Below, piece by piece: positions 20,497 through 30,639 of a stretch of 64,000 nt of DNA. This stretch comes from Patescibacteria group bacterium (GTDB lineage Bacteria > Patescibacteriota > Saccharimonadia > Saccharimonadales > Saccharimonadaceae). Position 1 is the stretch's first letter. The number at the start of each line of letters is the position of its first letter. Under the pieces are notes generated by a model. It was not told the origin of the DNA and searched no databases. It saw nothing but the letters and a program-made list of their open reading frames with translations. The translations under genes were made by a program, and so were the position numbers. Location: assembly GCA_020160975.1 (NCBI GenBank), contig JAIUPJ010000001.1, positions 907,551-971,550 on the forward strand. The letters are read 5' to 3'.

Positions 20497-20811
20497 ATGT
20501 CAAAAGGTAAATTTGCACTAGGAGCGTTGCTTGGAGCGGCTGCAGGTGTTGTCGCGGGTGTACTCGCTGCGCCAAAATCAGGCAAAGAAACTCGTGCTGA
20601 TCTGAAGGCAAAAGCCGATGAGATAAAGACGCAGGCTGACAAAAAAGCTGCCGAAGTCAAAAAGCAAGGCGAGAAAGTCTATGAAGACACTCGCAAGCAA
20701 GTCGAAACCGCCGTCAAAGAAGGCAAGAAGACGGTCGACGACTATCGTGGTCGTGCCGAGCGTGCACTCGATAGCGCAAAGGCAGAGCTGAAAGACGAAA
20801 AGAAGAAATAG
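20497..20811 (+). CDS. YtxH-like (DUF948) small stress-type protein
   Basis: 104 aa. N-terminal GALLGAAAGVVAGVLAAPKSGKETR, then a Lys/Glu-rich helical region. Confidence 0.55.
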   Translation: MSKGKFALGALLGAAAGVVAGVLAAPKSGKETRADLKAKADEIKTQADKKAAEVKKQGEKVYEDTRKQVETAVKEGKKTVDDYRGRAERALDSAKAELKDEKKK

Positions 20812-20951
20812 ATCTTTGAGCTTGGATTTTGGAAAAGACGCCTTGGTATACTGGGCGTTTTTTCGTACAATCAACAAAAGCTCTAAGTTCTAACTCCATT
20901 GAACTTTTCTATCAAATCTGCCACACTACATACATAGACAGGATCATTATA

Positions 20952-21242
20952 ATGCCACTAACATTTTGGAAAAAACTCAAGAAAAACATTCAAGAAGGCA
21001 ACGAACGCGGGGCGCGACAATCAGTGCTTGAAGAGCTCTTCAATGACTTTAATCGCAACCGGTTCTCGGTATACAAGTTCAATTTTTTCCGTGGCATATT
21101 TTTTGGACTTGGATCGGTGCTTGGCGGCACGGTCGTGCTAGCGGTATTGGTATGGTTGCTCAACTTAACTGGCCATCTCGTTCCTGGTGTGGCTGGATTT
21201 ATCGATCATGTCGTCGAGTTGATGCAAACTGCCAAGCAATAG
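20952..21242 (+). CDS. hypothetical small membrane protein
   Basis: ORF track extends to 20829, but the ATG at 20952 (MPLTFWKK...) is the more plausible start. One C-terminal TM helix. Confidence 0.35.
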   Translation: MPLTFWKKLKKNIQEGNERGARQSVLEELFNDFNRNRFSVYKFNFFRGIFFGLGSVLGGTVVLAVLVWLLNLTGHLVPGVAGFIDHVVELMQTAKQ

Positions 21243-21304
21243 CGTAAACAAGTGGATTTTACTACAGTACCACCGCGTGCGCTACGGTATAATAAGACGT
21301 AGAT

Positions 21305-24300
21305 ATGCCAAGAGCACAGGAGGGGAACGTAGCATCGGGCAGCTCGCTATTACCGAGCGATTTTGTTCATTTGCACAATCATACTCACCATTCACTGCTC
21401 GACGGCCTGACTAAAATTCCAGCGCTGGTTGAGACGGTAAAAAATTATGGCATGTCCGCTACTGCAGTAACCGATCATGGGACAATGAGCGGCGTACTGG
21501 AGTTCTACAAGGCGGCAGTTGATGGCGAAATCAAGCCGATTCTTGGCATCGAAGCTTATGTTGCGGCCCGGAGCAGATTTGATCGTGATCCCGCCAAAGA
21601 CAAGGCCCGATATCACCTAACGCTCCTTGCCATGAACGACGAGGGGTATCGAAATATCATGAAACTGTCGACGCTGGCCAATCTTGAGGGTATGTACTAC
21701 AAGCCTCGCATGGATCATGATATTCTCGAGCAGTATAGCGCCGGCGTAATCGCCTTGAGCGGGTGTGCTAGCGGCGAGGTGGGTGAGAGTCTCCGTTCGG
21801 ATGACTACGAAAAAGCCAAGGAAGTCGCCGCCTGGTACAAGCGTATCTTCGGCGATCGCTATTACCTTGAAATCCAAGACCATGGTCACGAGGACGCACC
21901 ATTTACCTGGGATGTACAACAAAAAATCAATGCAGGGTTGATGAGGCTAAGCAAAGAACTCGATATCCCTTGTGTGGTCACCTGCGACGGTCACTATTTG
22001 ACACATGATGACCAGGAGGCTCATGAGATATTGCTCTGTGTCGGTACTGGCTCGTTCCTAAGCGACCCTAAGCGTATGAGTCTCAAAGAATTTGAGTTAC
22101 ACGTGACTGATCCGCGCGATATCATCGCTCGGTGGGGCAAAAGTCACCCAGAATTTATCACCAATACAAAGGCTATCGCCGACCGCTGCCATGTTAATAT
22201 CGAGTTGGGCCGTATTCTGATCCCAAAGTTTCCTGTACCCGAGGGTGAAACCGAAAAAAGTTATCTCGACAAGCTAGTGTATCGGGGTCTGGCGATTCGT
22301 TATGCCGGAAAAATGCGTGAAGAAGCGGCACAATTATCCATCCCAAAGATCGAGAAAATCCTCACTGAGGAGGTTAAAGATCGTGTGCATATGGAGTTTG
22401 AAGTGCTGGAGCGCATGGGGTACAACGGCTATTTCTTGATTGTGCAAGATTTTATCAACTGGGGCAAAGACCAAGGTATTATTTTTGGCCCGGGTAGGGG
22501 TAGCGCCGCTGGTAGTATCATCGCTTATGCCCTTCATATTACCGACCTGGATCCATTGCGGTACGACTTGCTGTTTGAGCGATTTTTGAACCCAGATCGT
22601 ATTTCGATGCCAGATATTGATATTGATATTCAAGACACCCGCCGCGACGAAGTGATCGCCTATTGCGCCGACAAGTACGGTGATGCGCGTGTAGCGAATA
22701 TCGTCACGTTCGGCAAGATGGCAGCGCGTGCGGCCGTACGCGATGTAGCGCGTGTGCTCCAGGTGCCCTACGCCGAGGCTGATCGGCTCAGCAAGATGAT
22801 CCCGCCACCAGTTCAAGGCCGGCATATTCCACTTTCGGTCAGCGTCAAGGAAGATCAGGATTTGCGACGCGAGTACGAAGAGAATCCCACCGCCAAAGAG
22901 GTGTTTGATTTTGCGATCCGTCTCGAGGGGACGATTCGTAGCCATGGCGTACACGCGGCTGGTGTGGTGATTGCGCCTGATGACATTGTAAACTACGTTC
23001 CGCTCGAGATGGCCCAAAAAGGCGTGGTAGCCACGCAATATCCTATGGGCCCGGTCGAGGAGCTTGGGCTGCTAAAGATGGATTTTCTCGGGCTCTCGAA
23101 CCTCACAATCATCAAAAATGCGCTGCGTATCATCCGTAAAGTTTACAACGTAGAGATCGATCTGTCGGCTATTCCACTGGATGACACGAAGGCTTACGAG
23201 TTATTCCAACGAGGAGACACGACGGGCGTATTCCAGCTTGAATCTGCCGGCATGAAACGGTATTTGCGCGAGCTAAAGCCAAGCACCTTTGACGATATTA
23301 TCGCCATGGTCGCGCTCTATCGGCCAGGCCCAATGCAATTTATTGATAGCTTTATCAAGCGCAAACACGGCGAAGAAAAGATCACGTACTTGCACCCAGG
23401 CATGGAAAATTCGCTCAAAAACACATATGGGATTTTGGTCTACCAAGAGCAGTTTATGCAGATCAGTAAGGAGTGGTGCGGGTTTACCGGTGGGCAAGCA
23501 GACACCCTGCGAAAGGCCGTCGGTAAGAAAAAGATCGATCTCATGCGCAAAGTAAAAGTTGATTTTGTCAAAGGTGCCGTCGAGCATGGCGGTGCGACCC
23601 AAGAAGTAGCCGAGATGTTCTGGGGTCAGCTGGAAGAGTTTGCTAACTACTGTTTTAACAAGAGCCACGCGGCGTGCTATGGACTGATTGCTTACTGGAC
23701 AGCGTATCTCAAAGCGCATTACCCCGACGCATTTATGGCGGCGCTGATGACGAGCGATGCCGATGACATTGACCGACTGGCGATTGAGATTACTGAGTGC
23801 AAGCATATGGGTCTGTCGGTGCTGTTGCCTGATGTCAATGATTCCTTTGTCGAATTTGCCGTTGTGCCAGGCAAGCAGCAAGTACGCTTTGGTATGGCAG
23901 CGGTCAAAGGGGTAGGAGTGGCGGCGGTCGAGGAAATTATCCGAGCTCGAGAGCTTGATGGCAAGTTCAAAAGCGTCGAAGATTTTGCAAAACGTGTTAG
24001 CACCAGCAAGGTAAACAAAAAAGCCTGGGAAGCGCTGATCAAAGCGGGCGGATTCGATACGTTGGGCGACCGAAGTGACTTGTTGTTCAACCTCGAAAAT
24101 ATCCTCGGTTTCGCGAGCAAGCTCCAAAAAGAAGCATTGAGCGGCCAGACAGACTTGTTTGGTGCGCTCGTGGCCAGTGGCGGCGACGAATTGATGCCGT
24201 CGATTGAGCTCAAGTCTGCACCAGCCAAATATACCGACAAAGAACAGTTGATGTGGGAGAGGGAACTTATGGGACTCTATATTTCTGCGCATCCGCTTGA

Positions 24301-25009
24301 CAACTTTGAAGCCTTTTTCGAAGAACAAACCATCCCATTGCATAGCGTGGGCAAAAACATTGATGGTCAAAAAATCACAATTGGTGGCATCGTGACCACA
24401 ATTCGTACTATCGTCACAAAAAGCGGTAGTAAAATGGCGTTTGTCGGCATCGAGGACAAAACAGGCGAATGCGAAATCATTGTTTTTCCGAAATTATACG
24501 AGCAATTGGGTGACACGTTAAAGTCGGATGTTGTACTAAAAATCACTGGCAATGTTAATGCGCGTGACCGCGAAGGAAACATGGTCGATGAGACCAAGCT
24601 TATCGCTGACGAAATAAGTATCGTGACTGATCGTGAACTTTCACAGTATGAAAGTCACGGCCGTAAAATGGTGGCGCCGACGGGGCGCGCAACTGTCACG
24701 CGCAAGCGCTACCCAAGCAAGTCCGAGCCAGCCATTGCCAAGACCGTTTCCATGCCCGCCCCTATGCCCGAACCGGTGGCGTTAATCGCGAAGACGCTTT
24801 ATGTGCAGGTCGCCAATCCAGACGATCACGCCGCCCTGATCGCTCTGAAAAAAGCTTGCAATACTTATCCAGGCGAGTCGGATGTAGTGCTGGTGCTTGG
24901 CGACAACAAGCAGTCTGCAGTGCGACTGCCATTTCGGGTGGAGACAAGCGACGGGCTAGTAGCCCAACTAAGCGAACTGCTTGGTGCGGAAGCAGTTGCG
25001 GTTAAGTAG
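21305..25009 (+). CDS. dnaE: DNA polymerase III alpha subunit
   Basis: 1234 aa. PHP domain (FVHLHNHTHHSLLDG), polymerase core and OB-fold regions. Confidence 0.97.
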   Translation: MPRAQEGNVASGSSLLPSDFVHLHNHTHHSLLDGLTKIPALVETVKNYGMSATAVTDHGTMSGVLEFYKAAVDGEIKPILGIEAYVAARSRFDRDPAKDKARYHLTLLAMNDEGYRNIMKLSTLANLEGMYYKPRMDHDILEQYSAGVIALSGCASGEVGESLRSDDYEKAKEVAAWYKRIFGDRYYLEIQDHGHEDAPFTWDVQQKINAGLMRLSKELDIPCVVTCDGHYLTHDDQEAHEILLCVGTGSFLSDPKRMSLKEFELHVTDPRDIIARWGKSHPEFITNTKAIADRCHVNIELGRILIPKFPVPEGETEKSYLDKLVYRGLAIRYAGKMREEAAQLSIPKIEKILTEEVKDRVHMEFEVLERMGYNGYFLIVQDFINWGKDQGIIFGPGRGSAAGSIIAYALHITDLDPLRYDLLFERFLNPDRISMPDIDIDIQDTRRDEVIAYCADKYGDARVANIVTFGKMAARAAVRDVARVLQVPYAEADRLSKMIPPPVQGRHIPLSVSVKEDQDLRREYEENPTAKEVFDFAIRLEGTIRSHGVHAAGVVIAPDDIVNYVPLEMAQKGVVATQYPMGPVEELGLLKMDFLGLSNLTIIKNALRIIRKVYNVEIDLSAIPLDDTKAYELFQRGDTTGVFQLESAGMKRYLRELKPSTFDDIIAMVALYRPGPMQFIDSFIKRKHGEEKITYLHPGMENSLKNTYGILVYQEQFMQISKEWCGFTGGQADTLRKAVGKKKIDLMRKVKVDFVKGAVEHGGATQEVAEMFWGQLEEFANYCFNKSHAACYGLIAYWTAYLKAHYPDAFMAALMTSDADDIDRLAIEITECKHMGLSVLLPDVNDSFVEFAVVPGKQQVRFGMAAVKGVGVAAVEEIIRARELDGKFKSVEDFAKRVSTSKVNKKAWEALIKAGGFDTLGDRSDLLFNLENILGFASKLQKEALSGQTDLFGALVASGGDELMPSIELKSAPAKYTDKEQLMWERELMGLYISAHPLDNFEAFFEEQTIPLHSVGKNIDGQKITIGGIVTTIRTIVTKSGSKMAFVGIEDKTGECEIIVFPKLYEQLGDTLKSDVVLKITGNVNARDREGNMVDETKLIADEISIVTDRELSQYESHGRKMVAPTGRATVTRKRYPSKSEPAIAKTVSMPAPMPEPVALIAKTLYVQVANPDDHAALIALKKACNTYPGESDVVLVLGDNKQSAVRLPFRVETSDGLVAQLSELLGAEAVAVK

Positions 25010-25505
25010 CCAAGGCGTAAAGCGCGATACCCGTTGCAACCGAAACATTGAATGATTCTTTTTTGCCTTGCATAGGGATTTCGATAATATCGTCGCATTG
25101 AGCGAGGAGCGCTGGCTCGATACCATGGACTTCCTCGCCGAGCAGAAGTGCGATTTTTTGAGGGCGCGCGTAGTCCTGTAGACTGACTGAATTCACCGCT
25201 TGTTCCAACGCAACAATATGAAATTCCGCTAGATCTGGTGCCGCTAGATCTAGCGTTTCGCGGCGTTCAAAAGGCACGAGCTGCTCGGCACCGAGCGCGG
25301 TTTTATGGATTTGTTTTGTGATCTTCTCGGCCTCATGTGGCAGCCGCCCCTGCACAGGGTCGTTCTCATCAGCAAGGGGTACAGGAGTATACCCGCTCAA
25401 GATGATTTTTGACACACCAAATCCTTCGCAGGTACGAAAAATCGACCCCACGTTATGGGTACTACGGATGTTGTGGGCGATGACGATGATTTCGGATTTT
25501 TTCAT
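25002..25505 (-). CDS. SpoU/TrmH-family RNA 2'-O-methyltransferase
   Basis: 167 aa with HNIRSTHNVGSIFRTCEGFG. Converges on and overlaps the dnaE end by 8 nt. Confidence 0.85.
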   Translation of the reverse strand: MKKSEIIVIAHNIRSTHNVGSIFRTCEGFGVSKIILSGYTPVPLADENDPVQGRLPHEAEKITKQIHKTALGAEQLVPFERRETLDLAAPDLAEFHIVALEQAVNSVSLQDYARPQKIALLLGEEVHGIEPALLAQCDDIIEIPMQGKKESFNVSVATGIALYALAT

Positions 25506-25513
25506 TACTAATT

Positions 25514-25567
25514 GTTAACTGAAAACTTATTGTAAACTGAAACATGACACCTGTAAACTGTTGAAAC
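25514..25567 (+). promoter_or_regulatory. three AACTG(N0-2)GAAAC direct repeats in the spoU/pilB divergent intergenic region
   Basis: gttAACTGAAAAC (25514-26), gtaAACTGAAAC (25531-43) and gtaAACTGttGAAAC (25552-67), at 18-21 nt spacing, just upstream of the pilB RBS (GAGGGA) and ATG at 25595. Confidence 0.35.
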
Positions 25568-25594
25568 CACAAGCAGTTTGCTACACTAGAGGGA

Positions 25595-27217
25595 ATGAAC
25601 GAAGACGAAATCCAGCAGCGACGGCGCGAGCAAGATGAGCACTCCACACAGCAGCGCGCGGCACTTTTAGGGTTGCAGTATCTCGATACCCAGCAGATAG
25701 AAGAGAGTCTGCCGCTCGCGATCGGTATCATGACGGTCGAAGAGATGCATAAGAACCGGATGGTGCCGCTCGTCAAAGGCGGCGCAGAGGTGGCGTATCA
25801 AATCGGCGTCACCACGCAGACCCCACAAACAGTCCTGCAGAAGATGAAGATGGACTACACTGAGCGCGGTGAGATAGTGCAGTTCCTACTGATTAGTCTC
25901 AGCGGCTACCGAGCCTTTATGAATCGGTTTGACCCCCCCAAGAAAGTGGTTTACGATGATATCGAGATTGCCAAAGACGGCGACAGCGATACCATCAATC
26001 AAGTCAGTCAAACACTCAATACCGTCAGTAGCGAAGAGATTTTTGACTTTATTATCAATCAAGCCGACAAGCTCGGCGCCAGCGACATTCACATCGAGAA
26101 TGAGCGTGAAAGTATCCGGGTGCGTATGCGTGTCGATGGCGCGCTTCACGCCGTGGCACATCTCGAAAAAGATCGCTACCGCGTCATTATGGGAGAACTG
26201 GCTAGTCGCGCAGGTATCAGTAGTGCAGCACGCCAGTCGCAGTCGGGGCATATGCAAAAAGAGATCACGAATGGCAGTGCGACTCATCTATTGAACCTTC
26301 GTGTCGAAACAGTACCGACTATGTACGGTCAAGACGCCGTGCTTCGTCTGTTTAACTTTGACGAGTCACTCTTGCAGCTTGATCGACTTTCCATTCCAGA
26401 TAAACAGCGCGCCCAAATTGATGAAGTGATTAGCCACCCGCGCGGATTAGTACTGATGGTAGGGCCAACCGGGAGCGGTAAATCAACCACGCTCTACAGT
26501 ATGCTCAATGCCCTCAACACTCAAGACCGTAAGCTCATTACGCTCGAGGATCCGATTGAGTATGGGCTGACGGGCATTTCTCAGATTCCGATCGATACCA
26601 CCGGTGGTCAGAGCTTTGCTGACGGACTTCGCAGTGTACTGCGACTCGACCCTGATGTCGTCATGGTGGGAGAAATCCGCGATACCGACACGGCAAAGAC
26701 AGCCATTCAGGCGTCTATCACTGGACACCTCGTGCTGTCGAGCTTCCACGCCAATTCTACGAGCGCAGCCTTTAGTCGTATGATTGACATGATTGGCGTC
26801 AACCCGATCTTCTCTAGTGCGGTGCGCCTGGTGATTGCTCAGCGCCTGGTACGGCGGTTGGTGGACGACACCAAAGAAGAGTACGAGCCTGATGAAGCAA
26901 CGCGAAATTACGTGCGCAGGATTCTTGCGAATGTGCCAGAGGGGACTGATATGCCAGACCTCGATCACTTTAAGCTTTGGCGACCAGTGCCGAGTGACGA
27001 TGCGCCGTTTGGGTATAAGGGGCGTATCGTGATTATGGAGCAGCTGATTGTTGATGAGGAAATCCAAAAGTTCATCCGTGGTGACGTAGAAGAAGTGCAC
27101 CCTGATGCGATTGAAAAAGTCGCCAAGAGTCGCGGCATGCTGACACTCGAGCAAGTTGGCGTACTGGCCGCTCTCAGGGGTGAAACAACTCTCGAAGAAG
27201 TCGGACGCGTGGTCTAG
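25595..27217 (+). CDS. pilB: type IV pilus assembly ATPase (GspE/PilB family)
   Basis: 540 aa. Walker A GPTGSGKST, Asp box, Walker B and His box of secretion ATPases. Confidence 0.9.
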   Translation: MNEDEIQQRRREQDEHSTQQRAALLGLQYLDTQQIEESLPLAIGIMTVEEMHKNRMVPLVKGGAEVAYQIGVTTQTPQTVLQKMKMDYTERGEIVQFLLISLSGYRAFMNRFDPPKKVVYDDIEIAKDGDSDTINQVSQTLNTVSSEEIFDFIINQADKLGASDIHIENERESIRVRMRVDGALHAVAHLEKDRYRVIMGELASRAGISSAARQSQSGHMQKEITNGSATHLLNLRVETVPTMYGQDAVLRLFNFDESLLQLDRLSIPDKQRAQIDEVISHPRGLVLMVGPTGSGKSTTLYSMLNALNTQDRKLITLEDPIEYGLTGISQIPIDTTGGQSFADGLRSVLRLDPDVVMVGEIRDTDTAKTAIQASITGHLVLSSFHANSTSAAFSRMIDMIGVNPIFSSAVRLVIAQRLVRRLVDDTKEEYEPDEATRNYVRRILANVPEGTDMPDLDHFKLWRPVPSDDAPFGYKGRIVIMEQLIVDEEIQKFIRGDVEEVHPDAIEKVAKSRGMLTLEQVGVLAALRGETTLEEVGRVV

Positions 27218-27438
27218 CAATAAAAACCTGAGTCTAAAAAACTTCTCCAATGTACCGTACAGCGGCTGCAGCCCCGTTCTCTCTGTAAGAGGTACCTGGC
27301 GCACAGCGGTGCTTAGTGGAAGGTTTTGAGATGTAGGTACAAAATACTTGCGCTTTTTGAAACAAAGCGTACAATAGTACTATTCACATTTGAAACAAAC
27401 ATATTGTAATTTAATCAAAAATGTGATATAATGTAATA

Positions 27439-28185
27439 ATGACTAGAGAAACCATCGTTTCTTTAGGCTTTGCAAGCAGTCGCGAGCAAGCCGACTCAGT
27501 CGCCACATTACTCGAACAACATAGTGGCCTTCCATTTCGGGGGGTCAATTTTAGTTCGGCGATAAGCAATCCAGAGGCATTCGGCGAACATATCCATGAC
27601 CGTGACGTGATTGCACACTCGGCGGGTGAATATGCGGTGAAGCTTGCCACTGAATATGGTGCATTGCCGCGTAGTGCGACGTTTATTGCGCCGCCGATTC
27701 CTGAACGTGTACGACGTCTCGTCTGGCGTGGCGCCTTGATTGGCTATGATGACCCGGCGACACGGTTTGACATGGATGAAAAAATCACCAATTTTTCTGC
27801 CAAGACCGAAATCAAACGGCATCCCATCCTCAACTTTGGTGCAATTGCAAAACTAGGGCATTTCGCGTCGCTCGACTATGCATTAGAGCTGCAAAAAAGC
27901 GGTGTACCAGTGACGATCGGGTTTATGGAGCACGACGGGCTATTTAACCTGTCAACAATCGACCCAGGCGCGATAACAGCCCTGCGTGGTGCTGGCGTGG
28001 TGGTCAAGCAGATACGCGGTACGCATACGCGCTTTACTGCCAATCCTGTCAATACCATGAATGAGATTGCGATGGCGCCCGAGCTCGTCGCACCGATTTC
28101 GACGCTTGATCCTTCTTTGAGTTTTCGTGGTACCGTGTTGCCTCATCTCGGGGCATTTGCTGCGCGATTGAGAAGCGCTGCTTAA
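27439..28185 (+). CDS. hypothetical protein, possibly an alpha/beta-hydrolase fold (AHSAG nucleophile-elbow-like motif)
   Basis: 248-aa ORF. Extended -10 (TGTGATATAAT) at 27421-27432. Confidence 0.4.
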   Translation: MTRETIVSLGFASSREQADSVATLLEQHSGLPFRGVNFSSAISNPEAFGEHIHDRDVIAHSAGEYAVKLATEYGALPRSATFIAPPIPERVRRLVWRGALIGYDDPATRFDMDEKITNFSAKTEIKRHPILNFGAIAKLGHFASLDYALELQKSGVPVTIGFMEHDGLFNLSTIDPGAITALRGAGVVVKQIRGTHTRFTANPVNTMNEIAMAPELVAPISTLDPSLSFRGTVLPHLGAFAARLRSAA

Positions 28186-29333
28186 CGAATAACCGCGGCG
28201 ATGGCCGGTACGAGGCGTTCATCGAACACACTGGGTATCACTTCATCGGCGTTTGGATTTTCGACGAGTGCGGCGATCGTTTCGGCAACTGCGATTTTGT
28301 GCAGATCAGTGATCTGCTTGACGCCATTATCGAGTGCGCCACGGAAAATGCCAGGGAAGGCGATGGCATTGTTGACTTGGTTCGGGAAGTCGCTGCGGCC
28401 AGTAGCAACAACAGCCGCGCCGGCGCTTTTTGCTAGGTCGGGCATGATTTCGGGGGTTGGGTTTGACAGGGCAAATATAATAGGCTGATCAGCCATCTTG
28501 CGCACCATGTCCTCTGTCAACAAACCTGGTTTGCTGACACCGATGAAGATGTCGGCACCGTCGATGGCATCGTCGAGTGTGCCGCTGCGCGAGCTGTCGA
28601 CGTACTGAAGGAGGGCTTTTTTCTCATCGTTGAGGTCGGTACGGGAGTCGCCGACGATACCTTTGCTATCGACGGCGATGATGCTCGTTGCTCCATATTG
28701 ATGGAGCAATTTCATGATGGCGGTACCGGCGGCACCTGCACCAATCGTGACGATTTTGCAGTCGACGAGATTTTTGCCGGTGACTTTCATGGCGTTGATG
28801 AGCCCGGCCAGCACTACGATAGCGGTGCCGTGCTGGTCGTCATGAAAGACTGGTATGTCGCACTCGGCCTTAAGCCGCTCTTCGATCTCAAAGCACTGCG
28901 GTGCTGCGATGTCTTCGAGATTGATAGCCCCAAAGCTTGGAGCGATGGCCTTGACGGTTGCCACGATTTCATCGGGTGTGTGCACGTCGAGGACGATGGG
29001 TACGCTGTCGATGCCCGCAAACTCTTTGAACAGAAAGGCTTTTCCCTCCATCACAGGCATGCTGGCTTTTGGCCCAACATTACCGAGACCAAGCACTGCT
29101 GTGCCGTCAGAAATGACGGCTACCAGATTGTTTGTCCAGGTATAGATAGGCAGTAGTGATTCGTCAGCGGCGATTTGACGGCTGACTTCGGCGACACCTG
29201 GCGTGTAGTAGGCGCTGAGTTTATCACGGTTGAGTTCTGATTCGTCACGAAGTTTTGTGGTAATTTTACCCTTATGTTGTTTGTGAAGGTCGAGGGCGAG
29301 TTGATTATAGTCCATAAGTCTAGTATAAATCAT
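28182..29333 (-). CDS. NAD(P)-dependent malic enzyme (short form)
   Basis: 383 aa with the YTPGVAEVSRQIA motif, a malic-enzyme NAD-binding domain and GAGAAGTAI. An internal Met at 29315 is an alternative start. Confidence 0.9.
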   Translation of the reverse strand: MIYTRLMDYNQLALDLHKQHKGKITTKLRDESELNRDKLSAYYTPGVAEVSRQIAADESLLPIYTWTNNLVAVISDGTAVLGLGNVGPKASMPVMEGKAFLFKEFAGIDSVPIVLDVHTPDEIVATVKAIAPSFGAINLEDIAAPQCFEIEERLKAECDIPVFHDDQHGTAIVVLAGLINAMKVTGKNLVDCKIVTIGAGAAGTAIMKLLHQYGATSIIAVDSKGIVGDSRTDLNDEKKALLQYVDSSRSGTLDDAIDGADIFIGVSKPGLLTEDMVRKMADQPIIFALSNPTPEIMPDLAKSAGAAVVATGRSDFPNQVNNAIAFPGIFRGALDNGVKQITDLHKIAVAETIAALVENPNADEVIPSVFDERLVPAIAAVIR

Positions 29334-29517
29334 TGTGAATATTCAGAAAAAGTGATGGAATATATATTTCAGATGTAGCAAGATTGGTCTATTCTACCGG
29401 TAGTGACGTGAGTTTCCACCTCCCAGCTCTTGCAAGCCTCTCTATAGCCTAGGTGGGGTGGGCGCGCTGTTTTAGCGGCCTTCCCAGCGACACAGCCTCT
29501 GATCTATGCAACTCTCT

Positions 29518-29546
29518 TGAAAAAGGAGAGTTTTTTTGATATAATC
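29518..29546 (+). promoter_or_regulatory. sigma70-type promoter for rplS (TTGAAA-N17-TATAAT)
   Basis: Read directly: ttgaaa aaggagagtttttttga tataat, about 40 nt upstream of the rplS ATG. Confidence 0.5.
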
Positions 29547-29585
29547 AACAGTTGATTGTAAATATAAGTAATAAGCGAGTAACAG

Positions 29586-30092
29586 ATGAGTTTTGCATTG
29601 ATTCAGAAAGTCAACGACGAGCAGAAGAAAAAGCAAGTTGTCGACGTCCGTAGCGGTGATACCGTAAAGGTCTACCAGAAGATTAAAGAAGGTGCCAAAG
29701 AGCGTATTCAGATGTTTGAAGGCGTGGTAATCCGCACCGATAACAAGGGCCAACATACTAGCCGTATTACCGTGCGCAAAATTGCCAGCGGTGTTGGTGT
29801 CGAGAAGAGCTTCTTACTCCACAGCCCACTTGTCGAAAAAGTCGAAGTCGTGCGCCGTAGTAAGGTTCGCCGCAACTTCCTGAGCTTCCTTCGTCAGCGC
29901 AGTGGTAAGTCAGCTCGACTCACGGCCGTGCAGTTTGACCGCGAAGCCATCAATGATGTGCATGATGCCAAGGCTGAAGCCGAAGCAGAACGCCTCAAGG
30001 AAGAAGCAAAAGCAGCCGAAAAAGCCGCAGCTGAGGCTGAGCTTGAGGCCAAACAGGCTGAGGTCGAAGCACGTCACGCCGACGCAAAATAA
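29586..30092 (+). CDS. rplS: 50S ribosomal protein L19 with a ~45-aa Ala/Glu/Lys-rich C-terminal extension
   Basis: Core L19 sequence (VRSGDTVKVYQKIKEG...RITVRKIASGVGVEK...). C-terminal tail is EAEAERLKEEAKAAEKAAAEAELEAKQAEVEARHADAK. Confidence 0.9.
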   Translation: MSFALIQKVNDEQKKKQVVDVRSGDTVKVYQKIKEGAKERIQMFEGVVIRTDNKGQHTSRITVRKIASGVGVEKSFLLHSPLVEKVEVVRRSKVRRNFLSFLRQRSGKSARLTAVQFDREAINDVHDAKAEAEAERLKEEAKAAEKAAAEAELEAKQAEVEARHADAK

Positions 30093-30114
30093 TTTATTGC
30101 CAAGAAATGCAAGT

Positions 30115-30150
30115 GCCCCGGCTGCTCCTTATGAGCGGCTGGGGCTTTTC
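30115..30150 (+). terminator. intrinsic terminator after rplS (bidirectional; also faces the minus-strand ORF ending at 30170)
   Basis: A 13-bp stem gccccggctgctc / gagcggctggggc (two G-U pairs) with loop cttat, followed by TTTT. Confidence 0.6.
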
Positions 30151-30169
30151 GTTGTGCTGGGGAGCGACG

Positions 30170-30586
30170 CTACTGGGCGGTTTGCGGCCGGTAGTTGACC
30201 TCGAACGTTAGCAGGTAGCGGGCCACCTTGCGCCCGGTCAACCGACGCCTCTTGGTATGCGTCATGAGACGCAAGAGCGCATAGTTGGCAATCGCAGGAT
30301 AAATCATCTCCGCAAGCTCGGCCGCGTCCTCCCATACCAGATTAACCTTCATCGACCCACTGTCGTCGCTATATAACTCGTCATGCAGCCAGTTACTAAC
30401 GCTCGTACTAGTGTATGGCCGGTTGATCTTCATCTTCCGCACGCCGGAGATGCTTGGGTACTGGTGCATCAGGTTAAGCATCACCTGCGAGCCATGGGTT
30501 GCACTTATCATTTGTGTCGGGCTGGTAGGTACAACGGATTGATATTTTATAACAGATATATGAGAAATCACTACTTCCAGGAACAA
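30170..30586 (-). CDS. hypothetical protein
   Basis: 138-aa ORF with no recognisable motif. Coding status uncertain. Confidence 0.3.
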   Translation of the reverse strand: MFLEVVISHISVIKYQSVVPTSPTQMISATHGSQVMLNLMHQYPSISGVRKMKINRPYTSTSVSNWLHDELYSDDSGSMKVNLVWEDAAELAEMIYPAIANYALLRLMTHTKRRRLTGRKVARYLLTFEVNYRPQTAQ

Positions 30587-30639
30587 GTGCGTACGAACAT
30601 GTTGAATATTTAAAAATTAAATCATAGAATAAACCTATT

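Noticed and set aside
21392-24597. Multiple 70-365-codon minus-strand ORFs
   Set aside because: All are antisense to dnaE, whose frame is continuous and strongly homologous.
26483-27304. 273-codon minus-strand ORF
   Set aside because: It is antisense to the pilB ATPase gene and has no motifs.
29334-29517. Candidate sRNA between the malic enzyme and rplS ending in the hairpin ctctc-ttgaaaaa-ggagag-ttttttt
   Set aside because: The apparent terminator coincides with the -35 and spacer of a very good rplS promoter (TTGAAA-N17-TATAAT). The region is most simply a divergent promoter region.
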